A DNA stretch of 64,000 nucleotides from Hyphomonas sp. (GCF_041689225.1 NZ_JBDNGN010000014.1:6635-70634); one strand, 5' to 3'; positions 1 through 11,270 are shown, numbered from the stretch's first letter. The notes: a model not told the origin generated them from the sequence alone. Numbers and translations: made by a program.

Positions 1-12
1 GTGTCGGTTTGA
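1..12 (+). other. 3' end of an upstream CDS (..V-S-V-stop), coupled to the DUF1365 gene
   Basis: gtg tcg gtt TGA at 1-12; the TGA overlaps the TTG start at 9 (TTGA overlap). Identity is not visible. Confidence 0.35.
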
Positions 13-815
13 CGGCTCAGGCGCTCAGGTTGTGGAAGGGTCAGACGGTACACGCACGCTATGTGCCGTTCGAACGGCGCTTTGCCTATAACGTCACCCT
101 GATCGATATCGACATTGACCGCCTCGGCGCAGCAGCGCGCCAGAGCCCTCTCTTCTCGGTCGATGGACCCGGCGTCTTCTCGTTCCACCGCAAGGACCAT
201 GGCGCCCGCACGGATGCCCCCTTGCGTCCGTGGGCCGAGCAGGTGCTGGCAAAAGCGGGCATCGCGCTGGACGGCGGCGCCATTCGCCTCGTCACCTTCC
301 CGCGCCAACTCTTCTACAAGTTCGCCCCCATCTCGCTCTGGTATGGTTACGGCCCGTCCGGCGACCTGCGCGGCATCATCTACGAAGTGAACAACACGTT
401 CGGCGAAACCCATGCCTATGCCGCCGCTGTTTCGGGCGACCGGTCACAGCAAGAAGCGGACAAGGCCTTCCACGTCTCGCCCTTCTTTGACGTCACAGGC
501 GCCTATCGCTTCACCCTGCGCACCCCCACTGATCGGCTCGGAATTGTGGTCGAGAGCCTCGAGGACGGCGCGCGCCTCCACATGGCCAACATCACCGCCC
601 GCCGCCATGCCGCCACCACCGGCGCACTCCTCGCCATCGCCCTTGCTACACCCTTCGCCACCCTCGGCGTCACCCTCGCCATCCACTGGCAGGCCCTCAA
701 AATCTGGCTGCGCGGAGCACAATACAGATCAAGGCCAGACCTGCCCACCGCGTCTATGACCGTTGCAAAGCCACTGGTGGCAATCCCGCCGACGCTCACG
801 AAAGATGCCGCATGA
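9..815 (+). CDS. DUF1365 family protein (UfaO-like, associated with Cfa-like methyltransferases)
   Basis: 268 aa with H.R..P..R.F.Y, FAPISLWY, YEVNNTFGE.H.Y, KAFHVSPFF and IHWQALKIWLRG motifs typical of DUF1365; ATGA overlap with the next gene. Confidence 0.88.
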   Translation: MTAQALRLWKGQTVHARYVPFERRFAYNVTLIDIDIDRLGAAARQSPLFSVDGPGVFSFHRKDHGARTDAPLRPWAEQVLAKAGIALDGGAIRLVTFPRQLFYKFAPISLWYGYGPSGDLRGIIYEVNNTFGETHAYAAAVSGDRSQQEADKAFHVSPFFDVTGAYRFTLRTPTDRLGIVVESLEDGARLHMANITARRHAATTGALLAIALATPFATLGVTLAIHWQALKIWLRGAQYRSRPDLPTASMTVAKPLVAIPPTLTKDAA

Positions 816-2035
816 CCCCACCGATCCTAGCCACCGCACAGTCCATCGGGACGCTGAAACATGTGCCGACCATTTTCCGGATTGGCGCGCTCGCCCTGCT
901 GCGCACCCAGCGCGGGCAGCTCCTATTCAGGCTACCGGACGGGCGCGAATTCCTTTTCCGCAATGCCGAGCCCGGACCCAAAGCGGAAATCAACATTCAT
1001 GATTACAGCTTCATCAAGCGGGCCTTGTCCGGCGGCGATGTCGGATTTTCCGAAGCCTATATGGACAGCCAGTGGTCAACACCGGACCTGACAGCCGTGC
1101 TGCAATTCTTCTCCGCCAATTTTGAAGCAGCCGGTCAGCTCGCCAGCGGCGGCGTGATCGTGCGCTGGGCCAATATGGTCCGCCACCTGTTCAACCGGAA
1201 CTCCAAGGCCGGTGCCCGCCGCAACATCATGGCCCACTATGATCTTGGCAATGATTTCTACAGCCAGTGGCTCGACCCCAGCATGACCTATTCGTCGGCC
1301 ATGTTTGAAAGCCCGAACCAGTCGCTCCAGCAGGCTCAGCAGGTCAAATACAAAGGCATCTGCGACCGCATCAATGCCGGCCCGTCCAGCAGTATCCTCG
1401 AGATCGGCTGCGGCTGGGGCGGCTTTGCCGAATATGCCGCCAGGCACCGGGGCAGCAAGGTCACTTGCTTGACCATCTCACCCTCCCAGCGCGATTATGC
1501 GCTGGCCCGAATGCAGCGCGAAGGCCTCTCCGAGCGCGTCGACATCCGCCTCGAAGACTATCGCGATCATGTCGGTCTCTATGATGGCGTCGCCTCCATC
1601 GAAATGTTCGAAGCGGTCGGCGAGTCCTACTGGCCGAGCTATTTCGCCAAGATTTTCGACAGCCTGAAACAGGGCGGCAAGGCGGCGCTCCAGATCATCA
1701 CCATCGATGACCGACTGTTCGAGAGTTACCGCAAACGCGTCGATTTCATCCAGCGCTACATTTTCCCCGGTGGCATGCTGCCCGGAGAGACCGCCCTCAA
1801 GGAACAGTTCGCCAAAGCGGGCCTGCGCCATGACGGGGTCCATTATTTCGGCCAGGACTATGCCCGCACCTGCCATGAATGGTCCCGCACCTTCAATGAT
1901 AAGTGGGACGAGATCGCCGAACTCGGGTTCGACGAGCCGTTCAAGCGCATGTGGAACTTCTACCTCTCCTATTGCGAAGCGGGCTTCTCCGACGGCCGCA
2001 TCAATGTCGGCCAGTTCGAGGTGTCGAAAGCCTGA
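812..2035 (+). CDS. cfa: Cyclopropane-fatty-acyl-phospholipid synthase family SAM-dependent methyltransferase (Cfa/UfaM-like)
   Basis: HYDLGNDFY, SMTYS, LEIGCGWGG (SAM motif I), SIEMFEAVG, YIFPGG, W.FYLSYCEAGF. Confidence 0.92.
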   Translation: MTPPILATAQSIGTLKHVPTIFRIGALALLRTQRGQLLFRLPDGREFLFRNAEPGPKAEINIHDYSFIKRALSGGDVGFSEAYMDSQWSTPDLTAVLQFFSANFEAAGQLASGGVIVRWANMVRHLFNRNSKAGARRNIMAHYDLGNDFYSQWLDPSMTYSSAMFESPNQSLQQAQQVKYKGICDRINAGPSSSILEIGCGWGGFAEYAARHRGSKVTCLTISPSQRDYALARMQREGLSERVDIRLEDYRDHVGLYDGVASIEMFEAVGESYWPSYFAKIFDSLKQGGKAALQIITIDDRLFESYRKRVDFIQRYIFPGGMLPGETALKEQFAKAGLRHDGVHYFGQDYARTCHEWSRTFNDKWDEIAELGFDEPFKRMWNFYLSYCEAGFSDGRINVGQFEVSKA

Positions 2036-2069
2036 CCCGTCGGACAGGTGCGGCTCTTTCCCCCGATAT

Positions 2070-2087
2070 CCCCGGCGAAAGCCGGGG
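2070..2087. repeat. REP-like GC-rich palindrome CCCCGGC-GAAA-GCCGGGG
   Basis: Perfect 7-bp stem with a GAAA tetraloop, 35 nt after the cfa stop; resembles alphaproteobacterial intergenic REP-type hairpins; single copy in this window. Confidence 0.5.
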
Positions 2088-2148
2088 TCTCATGCGGATT
2101 GGCGTGTAATCTCTCCGGCCGCACGCACTCTGGCCCTATCATGGGCCC

Positions 2149-2678
2149 ATGACCTATCAGCCCTCGCCCCTCATCCGCAGCATGGTCCTGTTCTCGTGGA
2201 ACCAGACCGCCTATCTCGTGAGCGAATGGGTCAAATCCCTCGGCCTTGGCCTGACGGGCTGCAAGCCCTTCCTGCCGCGCCGCGCTACCTACGTCCACCC
2301 CGCTTTCGTATTGCCGAACCGCCTACCCGCCCCGGCCATGGCAAGCCGCCAAGCCGCGCCGCCGCAAACGGCCCGCGCATGCGTTTCCTCGACATGCCCC
2401 TGCCGCCGCCCGGCCTATTCGAATATCCGCTACGCGACAGTGACCTGCTGCCCGCGCGACCGCTGATCCAGCGCCTGCACGCCTTGCGCGATGTATGGGA
2501 AAATCCGGCTTACTACATCACGGCCATGCGCCGGCGCCTGTCTTGCAAAGTGTCACCAATCCGCAATGGCTTGCGGCAGGGGTTCAAATTGCGATCGCTC
2601 ACGAAGCGCGGTCGCGACACCGCGCGCCAGTTCCGCAAGGAAGCGGTCCGTCTCGTGCCACAACTCGATACATCCTGA
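2149..2678 (+). pseudogene. Frameshifted hypothetical gene (N-part frame of 2149, C-part frame ending ..VPQLDTS* at 2678)
   Basis: Host-like codons in 2149-~2285, then host-like codons in the -1 frame (RFLDMPLPPPGLFEYP..LIQRLHALRDVWENPAYY); TATCAT at 2137-2142 lies 6 nt before the ATG; terminator follows the second-frame stop. Confidence 0.5.
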
Positions 2679-2714
2679 CAGCGCCGCCACAAGATGCCTT
2701 TCGCCGCGCGACAT

Positions 2715-2756
2715 GCCTCCCGCATGTGGCGGCGCATGTGCTGGAGGCTTTTCTTT
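2715..2756 (+). terminator. Rho-independent terminator
   Basis: GCCTCC..GCATGTG/loop/CATGTGC..GGAGGC stem (two G-U pairs, one mismatch) followed by TTTTCTTT. Confidence 0.7.
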
Positions 2757-2796
2757 CGGGCCTCACGCCTTAGCTTCTGTCGGGAAGGAGGCCATC

Positions 2797-3510
2797 ATGC
2801 AGGCAATTGTATTCGGTGCGTCCGGTGGTATCGGCCAGGCCCTTACCGCCCTACTGGCGGCCCGGAATGACATCAACCGCGTGCACGCGGTGTCGCGGTC
2901 TCCTGCACCGTCAGGCCCAAACATCGTGTCGCACACGGCTGACATCACGCACGAGGCGGATCTCGCGGCGCTCGCGGGATTACTGAAGGCCGAAGGCGAC
3001 ATTGATCTGGTCATCGTCGCGACCGGCCTTCTCTCGAATGAACGCGGCCTCTCGCCCGAAAAATCCTACCGCCACCAATCGATGGACGCCTTCGAACAGA
3101 TCTTCCGCGTCAATACGTTCGGGCCAGCCCTCGTCGCCAAATACATGCTGCCCCTGATGCCGCGCAATCGCCGCGCCGTGTTCGCCGCGCTCTCGGCCCG
3201 TGTTGGCTCGATAAGCGACAACCGCCTCGGCGGCTGGCACGCCTACCGCGCCTCCAAGGCCGCCCTCAACATGCTGATCCGCAACTACGCCATAGAACAG
3301 GCACGTATCAGTGACCAGTTCATCGCGGTGTCGCTGCATCCCGGCACGGTCGATACGGGCCTCTCACAGCCCTTCCAGTCAAACGTCCCGGACGCACAGC
3401 TCTTCACAGCCGACCAATCCGCCGCCTATCTCTTGGAGGTGATCGAAAACCTCACCCCCGCCGACACCGGCAGGTGCTTCGACTGGAGCGGCCAGGAAAT
3501 CCCCGCCTAG
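2797..3510 (+). CDS. Short-chain dehydrogenase/reductase (CsgA/C-factor-like subfamily)
   Basis: GASGGIG Rossmann motif, SARVGSI.DN..GGW.AYRASK (YxxxK), HPGTVDT; SD GAAGGAG before ATG 2797, so the ORF-track start 2491 is not used. Confidence 0.9.
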   Translation: MQAIVFGASGGIGQALTALLAARNDINRVHAVSRSPAPSGPNIVSHTADITHEADLAALAGLLKAEGDIDLVIVATGLLSNERGLSPEKSYRHQSMDAFEQIFRVNTFGPALVAKYMLPLMPRNRRAVFAALSARVGSISDNRLGGWHAYRASKAALNMLIRNYAIEQARISDQFIAVSLHPGTVDTGLSQPFQSNVPDAQLFTADQSAAYLLEVIENLTPADTGRCFDWSGQEIPA

Positions 3511-3521
3511 AGCATGAGTCC

Positions 3522-3908
3522 CTACTCTATTTTGACAAGGTAGGATGAAGTCTCGCTCTCCATCTGAATTCCCGAACCAATGCTCAGCACGAAATCGTAG
3601 GAACCATCATCCGCCATTTTCCCGATCGACACGTTCATGATGAAATCGCCTGCCTTCAAGTTTGAATTGCGCTTGGATTTGCCAATGTCGGGACCCTTTC
3701 CGCGGGCCTCGTGATAGAACTGATGCTGGAAGAGCTTGCCATCAATTTCCAGACCCTCAACGCGGTCACGCAGGATGTAAGGATCATCCACCCGTCCATC
3801 CACACGGCAATCCTTGACGCCTGCCGCGTTGGAAGGCTCCGTCATGAACGGATTGCTTATCATGATCCCGGGTTTGACGGGGTCGCTCTCGGTGATCAGT
3901 CCGCTCAT
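3522..3908 (-). CDS. Hypothetical protein, possibly the C-terminal fragment of a split exported protein
   Basis: 128-codon ORF with lower GC than neighbours (47-50% counted over 3541-3660) and no recognised motif. Confidence 0.4.
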   Translation of the reverse strand: MSGLITESDPVKPGIMISNPFMTEPSNAAGVKDCRVDGRVDDPYILRDRVEGLEIDGKLFQHQFYHEARGKGPDIGKSKRNSNLKAGDFIMNVSIGKMADDGSYDFVLSIGSGIQMESETSSYLVKIE

Positions 3909-3960
3909 GAAACGCCGCCGCTGATCGGAAGTGATCTGTCCTTTGCGCAGACAATATCAG

Positions 3961-4242
3961 TCACAGGCCCGCGCCATCCGGCGATCTCACGCCTGCGCGA
4001 TGATACGGTTTGGTACCCCAGATATGCGGATCAATGACAGACGTCGGAACCTTCACCCAGCCTGCATCGGTCGCTGCCGTCCACGCCTTGGTCGCATTCA
4101 GGCCGGTATCGAGACAGAAGGTCTGCACCACCTCGATAATCTCGTCTGCGGAGGATACATTCCGGACATCGGCAGCATTCTGTGCGTCTGCCGTTTCCAA
4201 CGCAGACAGCAACAGCAGGGAGGCGACAAGAAGAAACCGCAT
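3961..4242 (-). CDS. Hypothetical exported protein, probably an N-terminal fragment
   Basis: Signal-peptide-like N-terminus MRFLLVASLLLLSALETADA-Q (A-x-A site); directly downstream of pyrG. Confidence 0.5.
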   Translation of the reverse strand: MRFLLVASLLLLSALETADAQNAADVRNVSSADEIIEVVQTFCLDTGLNATKAWTAATDAGWVKVPTSVIDPHIWGTKPYHRAGVRSPDGAGL

Positions 4243-4282
4243 AGCGCCTACCCTGAGGCGAACTCGGTCTACTGCAAAGCGC

Positions 4283-5980
<1,698 letters not shown>

Positions 5981-6457
5981 TTACTGGGGATTGCCCGTAT
6001 CCGGCTCAGCCGGAACAGGTGTTTCCTCCGTTGCCGATTCGCCTTCCGGCGCAGCGGGAACGGTCTCGGACGGCGCAATTGGCCCATCCGTAACGGTCGA
6101 TGGGCTGCGGGCACCGCCATCCTGCCCTTCGAGCAATGGGGCGGACGGATCGAACAGGTCCACAGGCGCCTTGATGTCGTTGATCTCATCAGCGCCGAGG
6201 GCCTTCTCGACAGCAGACCGGCTGTCGTCGCCGCGGTTGGCAATCGATGTCAGGGTCAAGCTGGTTATAAAGAACACGCCGCCAAGGATTATGGTCGTGC
6301 GCACCAGGGCGCCCGCAGCGCCGCGGCCCGACATCAGCGAGTTGCCGCCACCGCCACCACCCATGCCGAGGCCACCGCCTTCGGACTTCTGGATCAGCAC
6401 CAGGCCGGTCATGACAACACAGGCGAGGATATGGACGACGAGGATTACATTCTGCAT
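5981..6457 (-). CDS. secG: Preprotein translocase subunit SecG with long acidic/Pro-rich C-tail
   Basis: VLIQKSEGGGLG, GRGAAG.L.R.T..LG..F; sits between tpiA and pyrG. Confidence 0.95.
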   Translation of the reverse strand: MQNVILVVHILACVVMTGLVLIQKSEGGGLGMGGGGGGNSLMSGRGAAGALVRTTIILGGVFFITSLTLTSIANRGDDSRSAVEKALGADEINDIKAPVDLFDPSAPLLEGQDGGARSPSTVTDGPIAPSETVPAAPEGESATEETPVPAEPDTGNPQ

Positions 6458-6538
6458 GGGGCGACCGAATTTCCTGAAATCAAGGGGCCCGCATATCGCC
6501 TATGACGGCGAACGCCAAGCCTCTCGCTTCAGTCTGGG

Positions 6539-7285
6539 TTAAATTGCTGCCCTGTAAATGGAGAGGAAATCGTCGGCCTTCAAGCTCGCGCCGCCAATCA
6601 ATCCGCCATTAACGTTAGGAACTGCAAGGATTTCAGCGGCATTTGCGGGGTTCATGCTGCCACCATAAAGGATAGGTGTCTCAGCGCCCGACGCGTCAAA
6701 CCGCCCCGCCAGCCAGGCCCGGATGGCGCCGTGCACTTCCGCAATCTGGTCCGTGTTTGCCACTTTTCCCGTGCCGATGGCCCAGATCGGCTCATAAGCG
6801 ATGGCGAAATCACCCGCGCCGACGCCGTCCGGGATCGATCCGGCCAGCTGACTCTCGACCCGCGCCAGCGTTTGTCCGGCCTCGCGCTCGGCAAGGCTCT
6901 CGCCGACACAAATGATCGGCACCAGGCCCGCCCGCAGCGCGGCCGAGGCCTGCGCCGCAACCACGGAATCCGTTTCACCATGATCGGCCCGCCGCTCGGA
7001 ATGGCCGACAATCACGTGGCTGGCGCCGGCGTCGGCCAGCATTTCAGCCGAAATATCGCCGGTATGAGCGCCCTTGGCGTTCGGATGGCAGGTTTCGCCC
7101 CCGATTCGCAGGGCCGAATCCGCCGCTGCCGCGCGCCCCAGCGCGACCAGAGTGGCCGGAAGGCAAAGCAGCGCAGTCACGCTGGCCTCTCCGCCGCCAA
7201 CTGCAGCAGCCACAGCCTCTACCTGCGAAAGACTTTCCCGCAGACCGTTCATTTTCCAGTTTCCGGCGATCAGTGTCCGTGACAT
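6539..7285 (-). CDS. tpiA: Triosephosphate isomerase
   Basis: [36 protein letters not shown]. Confidence 0.99.
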   Translation of the reverse strand: MSRTLIAGNWKMNGLRESLSQVEAVAAAVGGGEASVTALLCLPATLVALGRAAAADSALRIGGETCHPNAKGAHTGDISAEMLADAGASHVIVGHSERRADHGETDSVVAAQASAALRAGLVPIICVGESLAEREAGQTLARVESQLAGSIPDGVGAGDFAIAYEPIWAIGTGKVANTDQIAEVHGAIRAWLAGRFDASGAETPILYGGSMNPANAAEILAVPNVNGGLIGGASLKADDFLSIYRAAI

Positions 7286-7371
7286 GCAGCCATCCCTATC
7301 TTGCAAGACATTGCTGTGTCGCCTAGCAAGCACTGAGCCATCCCGCAAATCGCCTGAGAGTACTCGTTCCG

Positions 7372-9285
7372 ATGCTAGCCCTGATGAAAAGCCTGATGAA
7401 CTCGATCTTCGGCAAGTTCGTCGTCATGATCATCATCGCAGGCATGGCCTTCTGGGGCGCCGACCAGGCCTGGACATCGATGAATACAGGTCTCGGCAAT
7501 GACCTGGCCGCCGCCGGCCCGCGCGGCATCGACATGACGACGCTCGACCGCCGAGTCGAAAACCTGCTACGCAATATCAACGCCAGTGCCGAGAAGCCGA
7601 TAACCAAGTCCGAAGCCGCCGATCAGGGCATCATCGACCAGGTGTTCTCCGTCGAAACGTCCAAGATCGTGAACCTCGGTTATGCCGCAACGATCGGCGT
7701 CAAGCCGTCTACCAATGCCGTGGTCGAACAGCTCAAGACGGTCGATGCATTCAAGAACCCGCTGACCGGCGAGCTTGACCTCAACACCTATCGCGAAGTC
7801 CTTTACCAGAACCGTTTTACCAAGGCCGAATACGAGCAGCAGGTCTCCGACGACCTCGCGCTGAAAACCCTCAGCGACGGCGCCGTGGCCGCGATCTATC
7901 CGCCGCAGGTCCTCGCCAGCATCCAGGCGCTCTATATTGGCGAGACACGGGATGTATCCTGGTTCATCCTCGACGCCACCAAGGCCCCGACGCCGGATGC
8001 CCCGACCGACGATGATATCCGCGCCTTCTACGACGAGAATCTTGCGGCCCTCGAACAGCCGGAACGCCGCTCCATCGATCTGCTCAAAATGTCCGCTGAC
8101 GACTTCCTCTCTGGCGTCACCGTCACCGAGCAGGAAATCGCGACAATTTATGAAGCGACGAAATCCGAGCGCTTCTCCGAGCCTGACCAGCGCACCTATA
8201 TCGAGCTCTACTTCGCAGACCGCGACACCGCGCGCGCCGCGTTCGGCCAGCTTGCAGGCGGCGCTGACCCGGCCACACTCTCGGGCGTCCTGTCCAGCGA
8301 GACCCGGACCAGTAGCAAGGAAAGCGTCGCCGACACCGCGCTTCAGGACGCCATGTTCGGCCCCGGCAAGCAGAGCGGCGCGCTGTTCGGCCCGCGCGAA
8401 TCCGATGGCAAATGGCTCGTCGCGCGACTGGTATCGGTCCAGCCCGGCGCAGTCTTTCCAATCGAGACCGTGTCTGACGTCATCCGCGACGAACTGACCC
8501 GCGAACGGGCGCAGGTCCTGTTCTTCGAGAATCTGGATGAGCTCGATCGTTCCATCGGCGCAGGCTATCCGCTGTCCCAGATCGCGTCGGAACTGGGCGT
8601 TCCGGTCATCAGCTTTGCGCCGGTCGACGAGACTGGAACCACCAGCGAAGGCGTCAACATGGCCGGCATCACCGCTGCGCGCGATGCCTTCAGCGACGCG
8701 TTCCGCGTCAATGCAGGTGATGTGTCCAGCCGCTACGATGGCGACGATGCCGTCTACCTCACGTCGCCGCGCACCATCATCGCGCCTAGCACGCCTGAGT
8801 TCGACAACGTCAAGGACGACATCCGCCAAAATCTGGTGGCCCAGCGCGCTGCCAACGCGATGCAGGCCTATTCGGACAGCGTCATCGCGAAACTGAAATC
8901 CGGTGACACCACGTTGGCGGGTGCGGCAGCCGCCGCAGGTGCCAGCGTCGAATCCCCGACCGTGCCTGTCACCCGGATCACTGCCGAACAGAGTGGCCTG
9001 CCAACGCCGGCCATTTCGGCCATCTTTGCCGGGCGCGAAGACGATGTGTTCAGCTATCCGAATCGCACCGGCGACAAGTTCATGGTCGTCGAGCTCAACA
9101 CGATCACACCGCCCTCCGACGCCGCGCTGGAACTGCTCGGCACCCAGGCCACGTCGTCACTGAACCAGGCGTTGCGTGACGATCTGCAATTTGCGGCCGA
9201 GGCCGAAATTCGCAATGCCATGAAGCTCAAGGTCAATGACAACGGGCTCGCAGCGTACAAGAAATCGGTTGCTACCGATCAATGA
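7372..9285 (+). CDS. ppiD: PpiD/SurA-N-domain periplasmic chaperone (rotamase-like)
   Basis: N-terminal TM anchor, SurA_N-like helical region, PERRSIDLL, ~637 aa; conserved tpiA-ppiD-trpE context. Confidence 0.85.
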   Translation: MLALMKSLMNSIFGKFVVMIIIAGMAFWGADQAWTSMNTGLGNDLAAAGPRGIDMTTLDRRVENLLRNINASAEKPITKSEAADQGIIDQVFSVETSKIVNLGYAATIGVKPSTNAVVEQLKTVDAFKNPLTGELDLNTYREVLYQNRFTKAEYEQQVSDDLALKTLSDGAVAAIYPPQVLASIQALYIGETRDVSWFILDATKAPTPDAPTDDDIRAFYDENLAALEQPERRSIDLLKMSADDFLSGVTVTEQEIATIYEATKSERFSEPDQRTYIELYFADRDTARAAFGQLAGGADPATLSGVLSSETRTSSKESVADTALQDAMFGPGKQSGALFGPRESDGKWLVARLVSVQPGAVFPIETVSDVIRDELTRERAQVLFFENLDELDRSIGAGYPLSQIASELGVPVISFAPVDETGTTSEGVNMAGITAARDAFSDAFRVNAGDVSSRYDGDDAVYLTSPRTIIAPSTPEFDNVKDDIRQNLVAQRAANAMQAYSDSVIAKLKSGDTTLAGAAAAAGASVESPTVPVTRITAEQSGLPTPAISAIFAGREDDVFSYPNRTGDKFMVVELNTITPPSDAALELLGTQATSSLNQALRDDLQFAAEAEIRNAMKLKVNDNGLAAYKKSVATDQ

Positions 9286-10709
9286 CGCCAGCCCGTCTGA
9301 TCGTTCGCAGGCGCATCGGGGATATTGAAACACCCGTCGGCGTAATGCTGAAACTGGGCGATGACGCGCCCGGCAGCTTCCTGTTCGAATCTATCGCAGG
9401 CGGTGAACGCCTCGGGCGCTATTCCTTTATCGGGCTGGAGCCCGAACATTGGTTCCGCATTCAGGATGGCATCGCAGCCGTGTCCGAAACGGCGGACTTT
9501 GCGAATCCGCTCAGCACATCAGACAAGCCGGTTCAGGCCCTGCGCGACTTTGTCAGTTTTGCGCAGGCCGAAACGGACACACCCCTGCCCCCTATGGCCT
9601 CCGGCGCGTTCGGCTATGTCGGCTATGACATGATCCAGCATGTCGAACCGGTGACGATCACGGGCGTAGACACGCTGAACGTGCCTGAAGCCCTGCTCGT
9701 CATCCCGCGCGTGGTCATCGTGTTTGACCATATCTATCAGGAAATCCTCCTCATCGGCCGCGTCCATGACGGCAACGAAGCAGCGATCAACACCCTGCTG
9801 GATGAGGTCGAGGCGCGGCTCGAACGTATGCCGGCTGTGCCGCCGAAGGATCAAGCGCCCGTCGAGGTCACGCTGACATCGAATACGAGCAAGGAACGCT
9901 ATTTCGAGATTGTCGAGCAATGCCGCGACTATATCCGGGCCGGTGACATCTTCCAGGTCGTACCCAGCCAGCGGCTGTCGACGCCTTTCGGCCTGAAATC
10001 GATCAGCTATTACCGGGCGCTGCGCCGCCTCAATCCGTCGGCCTTCATGTTCCACATGAATCTCGGCACCGTGCGCCTCGTCGGCTCCAGCCCGGAAATC
10101 CTTGTTCGCCTGCGCGATGGCCGCGTTGCCATCCGCCCGATCGCCGGCACGCGTCCAGTCTCAGGAGACGCGGTCGAAGATGCGCGCCGCGCCGAAGGCC
10201 TGCTCGCCGATCCCAAGGAGATGGCCGAACACCTGATGCTGCTCGACCTTGGCCGCAATGATGTCGGACGCGTCGCCGCCTATGGCAGCGTCGAAGTCAC
10301 CGAGCAGTTCATCGTCGAGCGCTATAGCCACGTCATGCACATTGTCTCTCATGTCGAGGGCAACCTGCGCGAAGGACTCGACGCCGTGGACGCGCTATTT
10401 GCCGGCTTTCCCGCGGGTACCGTGTCCGGTGCCCCAAAGATCCGCGCCATGCAGATCATCAACGAGATGGAATCAGCCCGCCGCGGCATCTATGGCGGCG
10501 CCGTGGGCTATTTCGGCTGGAACGGCGACCTCGACACCTGCATCGCCCTGCGCACCGCGATCATCAAGGACGGCCAGCTCCACATCCAGGCGGGTGGCGG
10601 CGTCGTGCTCGATTCCGAACCGCAATACGAGTATGACGAGACCCTGCACAAGGCGGGCGCCCTCAAGCGCGCCGCCGAGCTTGCCGCCACCTATGAGTTC
10701 GACCAATGA
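9282..10709 (+). CDS. trpE: Anthranilate synthase component I
   Basis: GDIFQVVPSQR, GSSPEILV, RPIAGTR, AEHLMLLDLGRNDVGRV, FPAGTVSGAPK.RAM, QAGGGVV.DS. Confidence 0.97.
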   Translation: MTPARLIVRRRIGDIETPVGVMLKLGDDAPGSFLFESIAGGERLGRYSFIGLEPEHWFRIQDGIAAVSETADFANPLSTSDKPVQALRDFVSFAQAETDTPLPPMASGAFGYVGYDMIQHVEPVTITGVDTLNVPEALLVIPRVVIVFDHIYQEILLIGRVHDGNEAAINTLLDEVEARLERMPAVPPKDQAPVEVTLTSNTSKERYFEIVEQCRDYIRAGDIFQVVPSQRLSTPFGLKSISYYRALRRLNPSAFMFHMNLGTVRLVGSSPEILVRLRDGRVAIRPIAGTRPVSGDAVEDARRAEGLLADPKEMAEHLMLLDLGRNDVGRVAAYGSVEVTEQFIVERYSHVMHIVSHVEGNLREGLDAVDALFAGFPAGTVSGAPKIRAMQIINEMESARRGIYGGAVGYFGWNGDLDTCIALRTAIIKDGQLHIQAGGGVVLDSEPQYEYDETLHKAGALKRAAELAATYEFDQ

Positions 10710-11269
10710 TCCTCGTCGTCGACAATTATGACAGCTTCACGTGGAACCTCGTCCATTATCTGGAAGAGCTCGGCGCCCGCACAAAAGTCATACGCAATGA
10801 CGATCTGACAGTCGACGAAGCGCTCGCGCTCAAGCCCGACGGCATCCTGCTGTCCCCCGGCCCCTGCACGCCGAACGAGGCCGGCATCTGCGTCGACCTG
10901 ATCAAGGCCGCGCCGGACGACATGCCCATTCTCGGCGTCTGCCTCGGCCACCAGGCCATCGGCCAGGCCTTCGGCGGCGCCGTCATCACGGCCCGGGAAA
11001 TCCGCCACGGCAAGCTGTCGGATATCCACCACACCGGCGGCGATCTGTTCGAAGGCCTGCCGGAAACCTATGCCGTGGTCCGCTACCATTCCCTGTCGGT
11101 GCGCCAGTCCGACCTGCCCGATTGCCTCGTCGCCAATGCCTTCACGGACGACAGCGAGATCATGGCCCTGCACCACAAGACGCGGCCCATTTACGGCGTC
11201 CAGTTTCACCCGGAATCGATCAAGACCGAACATGGGCACGCGCTGTTGCGAAACTGGTTGAAGCTGTAG
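10706..11269 (+). CDS. trpG: Anthranilate synthase component II (glutamine amidotransferase)
   Basis: VDNYDSFT.NL, SPGP, GVCLGHQ, RYHSL, QFHPES. Confidence 0.97.
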   Translation: MILVVDNYDSFTWNLVHYLEELGARTKVIRNDDLTVDEALALKPDGILLSPGPCTPNEAGICVDLIKAAPDDMPILGVCLGHQAIGQAFGGAVITAREIRHGKLSDIHHTGGDLFEGLPETYAVVRYHSLSVRQSDLPDCLVANAFTDDSEIMALHHKTRPIYGVQFHPESIKTEHGHALLRNWLKL

Positions 11270-11270
11270 C

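Noticed and set aside
2250-2380. Programmed -1 ribosomal frameshift in the hypothetical gene
   Set aside because: No X-XXY-YYZ slippery heptamer found; a mutation or assembly error is the simpler explanation.
2491-2796. N-terminal extension of the SDR given in the ORF track
   Set aside because: It crosses a terminator and another ORF, while ATG 2797 has a strong SD and begins the Rossmann motif. The extended starts for pyrG, tpiA, gltX, lpxI, skp, dnaE, lolE, proS, nuoC, eda, edd and pgl were rejected on similar grounds (SD, coupling or homology start).
9200-9290. trp attenuator or leader peptide before trpE
   Set aside because: trpE overlaps the ppiD stop (ATGA); no leader ORF or terminator is present.
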